A stretch of DNA of 25,427 bases. Origin: a virus (Duplodnaviria > Caudoviricetes). A program made the translations under genes and the position numbers. Positions 1 through 5,931 of this stretch are shown one piece after another. The notes beneath the pieces are model-generated. The model ran no database searches. It was not told the origin of the DNA and saw only the letters and a program-made list of their open reading frames with translations. The stretch spans positions 1 through 25,427 of IMG/VR virus record IMGVR_UViG_3300014775_000694; one strand, 5' to 3'. How positions within the stretch are numbered: position 1 is the stretch's first letter; each line of letters starts with the position of its first letter.

Positions 1-294
1 AATCTCACGACCTTGTTGGTCAATAGTCCATGCAGGGTTGTTATCTGTAAGGTCAATCCCCAACAAACGACTTGCATCTTGCGGCTCTACAGTCATCCAT
101 GCCCGACGTGCACCCGCTTGTGAGAAACGTGAGTCAGACTGATTGAACATGCTAAGCGCATTAGGCTCTCTAGAAGATGTTACTTCTGCAAGTTCTAGTT
201 GAAGTTTACCCCCAGATACACGACGTGCGTGAACGAGAAGAGAATTACCAGCTTGTACGGTGCTGAGTGAACCGCTGTTAATCATGTTTGCCAT
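1..294 (-). CDS. Partial phage protein (MANMINSGSLSTVQAGNSLLVHARRVSGGKLQLELAEV...), runs off the window edge; possible ssDNA-binding/OB-type protein
   Basis: Hand translation: ATG at 294, 98 codons open to base 1, A-rich upstream. Not in ORF track. Function is a guess. Confidence 0.75.
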   Translation of the reverse strand, partial: MANMINSGSLSTVQAGNSLLVHARRVSGGKLQLELAEVTSSREPNALSMFNQSDSRFSQAGARRAWMTVEPQDASRLLGIDLTDNNPAWTIDQQGREI

Positions 295-346
295 GATGTT
301 AAATGTTAAAATGTGCACCCACTTGTATAGGCAGGGTGCTTCTCCG

Positions 347-487
347 TTAATTAAATCTTGCTAAATGGGTTATCATCCAATCAAATGCGGCAACCTTACC
401 ACGATCAGTCTGTATAGCCCAAATAACACACTGTGCCTCGTCGAGAGGAAGTGTGTATTCAATGTTCAAGAATAGTAGCTCCTCCAT
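347..487 (-). CDS. Small hypothetical protein, 46 aa (MEELLFLNIEYTLPLDEAQCVIWAIQTDRGKVAAFDWMITHLARFN)
   Basis: Hand translation; starts 3 nt after the upstream gene's stop and fills the gap. Confidence 0.6.
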   Translation of the reverse strand: MEELLFLNIEYTLPLDEAQCVIWAIQTDRGKVAAFDWMITHLARFN

Positions 488-490
488 GTC

Positions 491-805
491 TCAAAGCTTT
501 TGTATTGCTTCCATGATACGAATTACATCTTCTTTAGTGCAGTAACCTTCAGGTTCTCCACTCATGGTATCATCTAGGTCTTCAGTCCTTTCAATGAGAC
601 CGACCTTATCATACGTTAAGTATATTAACCCAAGATCACCAGTCTTATCAATGAACGCAACCTCGTAAGGTCTTTCATTTGAAGTATAAAAGTATCGGCT
701 ACCTATAAGAACTGAAATACCTCGTCCGTTATCAAAGTTGAGAAGAGCTTGTAAACCTTCACCACTGTGGTGAAATTTAAACGTTAAGTCGTCAAATGTT
801 TTCAT
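491..805 (-). CDS. Hypothetical phage protein (MKTFDDLTFK...FDNGRGISV...YEVA), 104 aa
   Basis: ORF track 491..856. ATG at 805 with A/C-rich upstream is the more plausible start. The FxNGxGxSV...YEvA pattern resembles small proteins of aquatic phages. Confidence 0.75.
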   Translation of the reverse strand: MKTFDDLTFKFHHSGEGLQALLNFDNGRGISVLIGSRYFYTSNERPYEVAFIDKTGDLGLIYLTYDKVGLIERTEDLDDTMSGEPEGYCTKEDVIRIMEAIQKL

Positions 806-905
806 GCTTGTGTATGATTTTAGAATGTTAGAAAATTCGAGTTTTGAAAAATGCACTTGTAAGCAAAAGTGTTATACCCTATAATGCAAGTGTTTGTGTG
901 ACTTG

Positions 906-913
906 CAAATGTA
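906..913 (-). promoter_or_regulatory. Bacteroidota -7 promoter box TACATTTG
   Basis: Matches TAnnTTTG in intergenic DNA ~100 nt upstream of the ATG at 805. Confidence 0.5.
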
Positions 914-965
914 GGTGTAAAAGTAGGGTGAGAGACCTGGTGTACATACTCTCGTACTCTGCCCG

Positions 966-991
966 TGTTAGGCTAAGACTTTGACTTTATT
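966..991 (-). promoter_or_regulatory. Early-region motif copy 1 (AATAAAGTCAAAGTCTTAGCCTAACA)
   Basis: Aligns with copy at 1069-1094; core also at 1852-1871 and 2570-2589. Confidence 0.5.
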
Positions 992-996
992 TTATG

Positions 997-1064
997 GTAG
1001 TCAGCTTGTACGCGCATGATAGTGTTAAATCTTGGCGTAGTTAGCTTGTCTGCCGATGATAGTG
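997..1064. repeat. Two 28-nt direct repeats (997-1024, 1037-1064), period 40, 23/28 identical
   Basis: GTAGTCAGCTTGTACGCGCATGATAGTG vs GTAGTTAGCTTGTCTGCCGATGATAGTG. Confidence 0.8.
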
Positions 1065-1068
1065 CAAT

Positions 1069-1094
1069 TGTTAGAGAAAGTCTTTGACTCTATT
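1069..1094 (-). promoter_or_regulatory. Early-region motif copy 2 (AATAGAGTCAAAGACTTTCTCTAACA)
   Basis: Directly downstream of a terminator on the minus strand; matches the other copies. Confidence 0.55.
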
Positions 1095-1099
1095 AAATC

Positions 1100-1127
1100 A
1101 AAAAAAAAGGGAGCCCATAGGACTCCC
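1100..1127 (-). terminator. Intrinsic terminator
   Basis: Minus strand GGGAGTCC-TAT-GGGCTCCC followed by T9, just after the stop at 1133. Confidence 0.9.
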
Positions 1128-1132
1128 CTCTA

Positions 1133-1276
1133 TCAATGTCTGTTACAAGATTGATAACCACGCTTAGTAAGTTTAGCGTTACGTTTACTATGGGCTTTGT
1201 AATCATACCCACGATGTTGAACTGCACAGCTACCCAAGAATAAGGTAGCCATGCAGATGATTAGTAGTTTCTTCAT
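1133..1276 (-). CDS. Small lipoprotein, 47 aa (MKKLLIICMATLFLGS-C-AVQHRGYDYKAHSKRNAKLTKRGYQSCNRH)
   Basis: Hand translation; KK + hydrophobic core + LGSC lipobox; ATGA overlap with upstream gene; terminator follows. Confidence 0.8.
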   Translation of the reverse strand: MKKLLIICMATLFLGSCAVQHRGYDYKAHSKRNAKLTKRGYQSCNRH

Positions 1277-1497
1277 TGCTGTTGCTCTTTATAGCGTATA
1301 ACAGATAGGATAAGAGCACCAATTACACATAGTATCATCCCTCCAATAATACCTCCAGTAACTAATCGCTCCTGAGTATCAAGAGAAAGGTCACTTGCCC
1401 ATCCTAAGATAGGGATTCCGAAGAATGAAGAGAATACAAATAATGATGCAAGACTAACCAATGTAGTCATGTAAATGCCGAAGATAAGTTTCTTCAT
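1273..1497 (-). CDS. Two-TM membrane protein, 74 aa
   Basis: ORF track; two hydrophobic segments. Confidence 0.75.
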   Translation of the reverse strand: MKKLIFGIYMTTLVSLASLFVFSSFFGIPILGWASDLSLDTQERLVTGGIIGGMILCVIGALILSVIRYKEQQQ

Positions 1498-1500
1498 TGT

Positions 1501-1535
1501 AAAAAGAATTAAAGGGGAACCCGAAGGCTCCCCTA
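1501..1535 (-). terminator. Intrinsic terminator with UUCG loop
   Basis: Minus strand AGGGGAGCC-TTCG-GGTTCCCCT-TTAATTCTTTTT after the stop at 1545. Confidence 0.8.
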
Positions 1536-1544
1536 GTTAAACAA

Positions 1545-1799
1545 TTAGAATGTGAGGAACAACATATTCTCCCCATCGGAGAACTTCATAACCTCACCGT
1601 TATCATCCTCCTTGGTGGTAGTCCTCCATCCCTCTGGGATAGTGACCATGTCACCCTTAGACTTACCTGCAACTGCTGCTGCAGGGATGTAAACGGTTTT
1701 CTGGCAACAGTCGAATGGGTTAGACGTTGCAAGTTTAATCATAGCGTAGGTGTTGTTTTTCGAGAAACCTACAATTCTCGTTGTTACTGATGCGTTCAT
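1545..1799 (-). CDS. Hypothetical protein, 84 aa, beta-rich
   Basis: ORF track; own leader cassette upstream and terminator downstream. Confidence 0.8.
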   Translation of the reverse strand: MNASVTTRIVGFSKNNTYAMIKLATSNPFDCCQKTVYIPAAAVAGKSKGDMVTIPEGWRTTTKEDDNGEVMKFSDGENMLFLTF

Positions 1800-1871
1800 T
1801 TTGTTTGGTTTAACGCATTATGTGGGAATATTCCCAATGGTCCAGAGACTTTCTCTGAACCTATTTTAAAA
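1797..1871 (-). promoter_or_regulatory. 75-nt leader cassette copy B (motif + palindrome + TAAACCAAACA + ATG)
   Basis: About 53/76 columns identical to 2515-2589 by hand alignment; same length. Confidence 0.7.
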
Positions 1872-1958
1872 CAAATGATTGAGAAGGAATACTACTACGT
1901 AAGAGATTCCCATTAGTGCTAAGAACACCATTAGACTTTTATCTCCTTTGGTTTTCAT
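1866..1958 (-). CDS. 30-aa single-TM peptide (MKTKGDKSLMVFLALMGISYVVVFLLNHLF)
   Basis: Hand translation; TAATG coupling to upstream ORF; basic N-terminus then hydrophobic helix. Confidence 0.6.
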   Translation of the reverse strand: MKTKGDKSLMVFLALMGISYVVVFLLNHLF

Positions 1959-2113
1959 TAGATGTAGATATTCTGAACTGTGAACACTATGTCTCCACGA
2001 TTAACAGTCCAGTAAGATTTGTAATACCCCTTAGAATCAGGAGCCGAATTGAAGAGGAACTCTTTATCCTCCACTTGAACCAAGTCACTAGAAGTGACGA
2101 ATTTACCTTCCAT
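1958..2113 (-). CDS. Small hypothetical protein, 51 aa (MEGKFVTSSDLVQVEDKEFLFNSAPDSKGYYKSYWTVNRGDIVFTVQNIYI)
   Basis: Hand translation; same strand as neighbours; stop/start coupled with next gene. Confidence 0.65.
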   Translation of the reverse strand: MEGKFVTSSDLVQVEDKEFLFNSAPDSKGYYKSYWTVNRGDIVFTVQNIYI

Positions 2114-2128
2114 AGGAAAGAGTATTAA

Positions 2129-2159
2129 GAGCCCACACTATTTATGATAGTGCAGGCTC
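2129..2159 (-). terminator. Stem-loop after gene 2170..2517 (weak terminator or processing/stability hairpin)
   Basis: Minus strand GAGCCTGCACTAT-CATAA-ATAGTGTGGGCTC; poor U tract. Confidence 0.5.
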
Positions 2160-2169
2160 ATGTTAATAA

Positions 2170-2517
2170 TTAACTACAGATAGCGTAGCCTGATCTGTCC
2201 TCAATATCCTCTAGGATAGAGTCATTGCGGTCACGAAGTCTCTTTATATCTAACTCCTTTTGAAGGATAGATATCTGAGTCTTCAATGCAGAGTACTTCA
2301 ACCAGTTCTCTTGAGAACAGTCGAACTCTAGCAGAATCTCAGTCATTTCAATGCCCTTCTGATTAAGAACATTGAAACAATAACACTTACCAAGGTTAAG
2401 TTTCTTAACCATAGCCTCTACTTCTGTAGCCATGCTGTGGTTATACTTAACTCGAACTTGAGCAATAGATGCTCCTCTAAGTGTTGGCACTAACTGTACC
2501 CCGTAGTGTTTGAACAT
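2170..2517 (-). CDS. Hypothetical protein, 115 aa (MFKHYGVQLV...), C-terminal coiled coil
   Basis: ORF track 2170..2568; start reassigned to ATG 2517 because it matches the leader cassette shared with gene 1545..1799. Confidence 0.75.
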   Translation of the reverse strand: MFKHYGVQLVPTLRGASIAQVRVKYNHSMATEVEAMVKKLNLGKCYCFNVLNQKGIEMTEILLEFDCSQENWLKYSALKTQISILQKELDIKRLRDRNDSILEDIEDRSGYAICS

Positions 2518-2589
2518 GATGTTTGGTTTATGTTCGTTCTGTGGCAATATCGCCGAAGGATAGAACAACTCTCTGACTCTATTTTAAAA
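2515..2589 (-). promoter_or_regulatory. 75-nt leader cassette copy C
   Basis: Homologous to 1797-1871; 61 nt between TTTTAAAATAG and ATG in both. Confidence 0.7.
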
Positions 2590-2599
2590 GCCATAGGTT

Positions 2600-2831
2600 A
2601 TCCTACGTAGTACTAAGCTATGTGCTGTGCTATGAGCACCCGCTATCACCTGGGTACTGATGAGCACAGCTGGTACGCATCTACTGCTACCGCATAGCTA
2701 TGTACTGACACTGAACTATACCCCAACCTGCAGTTATTTTTGCAGGGGGACATGTTCAATGCCAAGAGATAGCGGGGGTCTTTGAATATATTGGTTAACG
2801 CACTCAAAGATTCCCCCCAAAATTTTTTTTT
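2600..2831. repeat. Nested inverted-repeat cluster at the transcription divergence point
   Basis: CCCGCTATC 2639-2647 / GATAGCGGG 2768-2776; GCTGTGCT 2624-2631 / AGCACAGC 2663-2670; hairpin 2712-2758; hairpin 2774-2818 followed by A4T9. Confidence 0.65.
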
Positions 2832-2848
2832 CACTAGAAATTTTTGTA

Positions 2849-2856
2849 TAGCTTTG
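2849..2856 (+). promoter_or_regulatory. Bacteroidota -7 promoter box TAGCTTTG
   Basis: TAnnTTTG consensus at the head of the rightward unit, AT-rich upstream. Confidence 0.65.
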
Positions 2857-2859
2857 CAC

Positions 2860-3120
2860 TCAGTGGCATCACTCCCTAGTGATATCACCCTTGAGGGCCA
2901 AAAGGTAGATAGAGGGTCAGAAGTTGGGTTGTAGACTGCGTAGTTGTAATAACACTAAAACATAGCGGTTGAGATGTCCCCAATAGCCACGGAAAGTGCG
3001 TTGATATAAAACTCTGGGTGGGAGTAAGACTATAGGCTGATAGAAATGTCCCCACGAAGGCTAAAGACGGTAGAGTAGAAGTTCAACGTTAATCAGAAAC
3101 GCAAGGGGGTAGGTGTGCCT
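2860..3120 (+). ncRNA. Candidate ~260-nt structured RNA / 5' leader of unknown class
   Basis: No credible ORF; starts right after a promoter box; 5' end pairs with 3' end; several nested helices; two copies of an internal module. Confidence 0.6.
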
Positions 3121-3131
3121 AAACGAGAACA

Positions 3132-4628
3132 ATGGGATTATTCATATTCAACAAATCACTAGTTAGCAGTAAGTCTGCAAAAGATGGGACAGCAGATATA
3201 GATCTGTTCGCAGCCCCAGTAGACAACTTAGCAAATGTCACTAGCACAGAAGGGTTAGTGACTTTATACTTTAAAGACGGTAACTCTTTTACAGCTCTAA
3301 CTGGGGGGACTACTAACGTAAGAGGTTATGAGTACGCTCAAGTAGAACTAACAACTAATGTTGGGAGTGAGCAAAGTGTAGTACGAGAGTTAGGGAGGCT
3401 CTTAACTCAGATTCAAAGAGGTGAACGTACTACAATCACTATAGATGTCCCTGAAGGGACTTATAGTATACCAGGGGTTACGGGGATTAATGCTATCAAA
3501 CGATTTGATGACCTCACAACCCTAACCACGGACCCTGCTTCTACAATCCCCCCGAACGGACTTACGGATCAAGTCCTTACTAAAGCTTCAGATACAAACG
3601 GGGATGTAGAGTGGAGTTACACAAACACACTATACATAACTGTACGTAATACTGCAGGAGTGGACCTAGATAAAGGGACTCCTGTACATGCTACTGGGGT
3701 TACGGGAACAACTCCTGACGTTATAGTTGCAGACGCTTCTTCAGCTGCAGCAATGCCAGCAACCTACGTTCTTAATGAGGACATTCTAAACGGGGACTCA
3801 GGGTTAGCTATTATTACAGGGGTAATTGAGGGGGTTGATACAAGCTCATTCTCACCTGGGGATGTAGTATACGTAGCATCAGGGGGAGGATTTACAAACG
3901 TAAAACCGACTGGGACTAATCTCATTCAGAACCTTGGGGTTGTAACTAAGTCTAACGCTAACACTGGGTCTGGGGTTGTTTACGGGGCAGGGAGGTCTAA
4001 CGATGTCCCCAACCTCCCGACTGGGAAGTTCTTTATCGGGTCAGCCTCCAATACAACAGAATCAGCATATACCCTCCCAACCGCAGATGGAAGTGCTAAT
4101 CAAGTATTAACTACAGACGGGGCTGGGGCAGTAACATTCCAAACCCCATCTGGGGGAGCTAAATGGTCGATGTCTTTTTCTAAAAGATACTACCTGTATG
4201 ACGCTACATCATTCCATTTTGGGGATGCTACCTATGGACATACTGATGTGTCCCCAGTTACATACATTGCTTCAACGTCTTCCTGCACGTTTGTTGATGT
4301 CTATAATGGTGGTATCCCAATACCATACAATATGGAGAACTTAGGGTTTGAGGTTGTTCTATGGAGCTCTGGTAATTCAAGAACTATCAACGCTTACTTA
4401 TTGTCTGGTACATCACCTGCTGCTGGTAGCGCTAAGACAACATCCATATCATTAACGACTCAAGCTAGTGACACTAGTGTTTCTATGGCATCAACAGCTA
4501 ACATGTACAAGCTATCAGCATCTGGTACTGGCTCAGTAAGTGCTGGGGACTTTTTATTATTTGGGTTAGTTGGATCAAGCTCATCATACTATTATGCAAC
4601 AGTAACTATTTACGGAGATATCGTTTAA
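3132..4628 (+). CDS. Virion fibre/appendage-like structural protein
   Basis: T/S/G-rich; fibre joint motifs GLTDQVLTKAS and YTLPTADGSANQVLTTDGAG; beta-rich C-terminal domain. Confidence 0.7.
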   Translation: MGLFIFNKSLVSSKSAKDGTADIDLFAAPVDNLANVTSTEGLVTLYFKDGNSFTALTGGTTNVRGYEYAQVELTTNVGSEQSVVRELGRLLTQIQRGERTTITIDVPEGTYSIPGVTGINAIKRFDDLTTLTTDPASTIPPNGLTDQVLTKASDTNGDVEWSYTNTLYITVRNTAGVDLDKGTPVHATGVTGTTPDVIVADASSAAAMPATYVLNEDILNGDSGLAIITGVIEGVDTSSFSPGDVVYVASGGGFTNVKPTGTNLIQNLGVVTKSNANTGSGVVYGAGRSNDVPNLPTGKFFIGSASNTTESAYTLPTADGSANQVLTTDGAGAVTFQTPSGGAKWSMSFSKRYYLYDATSFHFGDATYGHTDVSPVTYIASTSSCTFVDVYNGGIPIPYNMENLGFEVVLWSSGNSRTINAYLLSGTSPAAGSAKTTSISLTTQASDTSVSMASTANMYKLSASGTGSVSAGDFLLFGLVGSSSSYYYATVTIYGDIV

Positions 4629-4630
4629 TT

Positions 4631-4768
4631 ATGCAAGGACTTCCATCACCACCGTCACAAGAAATAGATAAGCTGTTATCAACAGCTACTAATGAGGAAA
4701 TTATAAATAAACTCAACGAGATGATAGATAACATCAACTATCTTCTAGAAGGACACATACAACAATGA
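4631..4768 (+). CDS. Small protein, 45 aa (MQGLPSPPSQEIDKLLSTATNEEIINKLNEMIDNINYLLEGHIQQ), possible fibre-associated coiled coil
   Basis: Hand translation; fills the gap; ATGA overlap with the amidase. Confidence 0.7.
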   Translation: MQGLPSPPSQEIDKLLSTATNEEIINKLNEMIDNINYLLEGHIQQ

Positions 4769-5181
4769 GAGACATAAACAGAATCATACTGCACTGTTCA
4801 GCTACCCCTGAAGGGAAAGACTATTCAGTAGACACCATTAGAGAATGGCATAAGAAAAGAGGATGGTCGGATATCGGGTATCATTTCGTTATCCAGCTAG
4901 ACGGGACTATCTCACAGGGGCGCCCAATTGATAAAGCTGGGGCTCATACTAAAGGGCACAACTTTGATTCAATCGGGATCTGCTACATTGGGGGAATGGA
5001 TGAAGACGCTAAAAAAGCAAAAGATACCATGACCGTAGAGCAGAATAAAGCCTTCCGTATGTTGGTAATGTCTATTAAGATCTTGTTCGGGGATGACATC
5101 ACTATTCACGGGCATAATGAATTCTCATCTAAAGCTTGTCCTAGCTTTATTGTTAAGGAGAAGTTCTCAGACATGTACTAA
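4765..5181 (+). CDS. N-acetylmuramoyl-L-alanine amidase endolysin (T7 lysozyme / Amidase_2 family)
   Basis: IILHCSAT, GWSDIGYHFVI, GAHTKGHN, SIGICYIGG, HGHNEF..KACP Zn-site motifs. Confidence 0.95.
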   Translation: MRDINRIILHCSATPEGKDYSVDTIREWHKKRGWSDIGYHFVIQLDGTISQGRPIDKAGAHTKGHNFDSIGICYIGGMDEDAKKAKDTMTVEQNKAFRMLVMSIKILFGDDITIHGHNEFSSKACPSFIVKEKFSDMY

Positions 5182-5438
5182 TGAAAGCACCGTTATCATT
5201 TGAACAGTTTGCTAAAAACCCTACGATGGGAGTGTTCTTCTTAGTAACACTAGCTGTTGGGTATCTGTACATTGATAATCGGATGAACTACACAGATCAG
5301 ATAGATAGTTGTACAGAACGAGTGCTTTACTTAGAGGGGAAGATAGACGAACTATCAATCAGGCTCCACCGCAGTGACAGCGTACTAGCTAGAACCGCTG
5401 CTAGACTGGAGGTGCTAAACGAGCTATCCAATGAATAA
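5181..5438 (+). CDS. Single-TM coiled-coil protein; holin or spanin-type lysis component
   Basis: TM helix + coiled coil; TAATG-coupled to the endolysin. Confidence 0.55.
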   Translation: MKAPLSFEQFAKNPTMGVFFLVTLAVGYLYIDNRMNYTDQIDSCTERVLYLEGKIDELSIRLHRSDSVLARTAARLEVLNELSNE

Positions 5439-5880
5439 AAGAAATGGGATAGTACTAGTAGTTATGGGGGTAATCCTTTTACTCCTGCTAAGAGCATGCC
5501 CTCAAGAAAAAAAGAAAACTTACTCTACTGAGGAGATAGAGGTAAAGACTTACGTGGATACTGCAGTCTACACAATTGTAGATACTCAGTTTGTGTCTAT
5601 AGAGAAGAGAATCAACCAAGCTGTAAGAACAGCCGAAGAACGGAAAGAAACAGCTGTACAAAAGATAGAAGTACTAGAAGCTAAACTTATTGAAATAAAG
5701 ACTGTTGAACAACAACTAGTCTACGATACTGTAGAAGTACAAATTGAACCAGATAGTCTAATGATCTACAATGTCTTCGAGTATGCTAAAGATTACGGGG
5801 ATGAAACGTATATTCACAGAGACACTATTCAATCTAGAAAAGTATCTAGAGAGTACGTACAGAAATTCATTGTAAAGTGA
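5431..5880 (+). CDS. Membrane-anchored coiled-coil protein, spanin-like
   Basis: N-terminal hydrophobic anchor ending LLRAC, central coiled coil, lies in lysis cassette. Confidence 0.5.
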   Translation: MNKRNGIVLVVMGVILLLLLRACPQEKKKTYSTEEIEVKTYVDTAVYTIVDTQFVSIEKRINQAVRTAEERKETAVQKIEVLEAKLIEIKTVEQQLVYDTVEVQIEPDSLMIYNVFEYAKDYGDETYIHRDTIQSRKVSREYVQKFIVK

Positions 5881-5906
5881 AGTTGTTCGCATAAAACATT
5901 TTTATA

Positions 5907-5914
5907 TATCTTTG
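5907..5914 (+). promoter_or_regulatory. Bacteroidota -7 promoter box TATCTTTG with TTG at 5883-5885
   Basis: Consensus match in the short intergenic gap before groES. Confidence 0.75.
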
Positions 5915-5931
5915 CCTAAAACCAAGTACAA

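Noticed and set aside
997-1064. Mini CRISPR array
   Set aside because: Only two imperfect repeats with a 12-nt gap; no cas genes
1916-2128. Plus-strand 70-aa ORF
   Set aside because: Antisense to two coupled minus-strand ORFs that fit the local gene direction
2518-2568. N-terminal extension of ORF 2170..2568
   Set aside because: Lies within the repeated leader cassette; ATG at 2517 fits better
2657-2720. Hammerhead ribozyme (CTGATGA core)
   Set aside because: No stem II followed by GAAA downstream
2646-2888. Minus-strand 80-aa ORF
   Set aside because: Crosses homopolymer runs, inverted repeats and a promoter box; GTG start; not protein-like
2860-3120. tRNA, tmRNA, RNase P or cobalamin riboswitch identity
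   Set aside because: No T-loop/CCA end, no GAGGAAAGUCC, no B12 box recognisable
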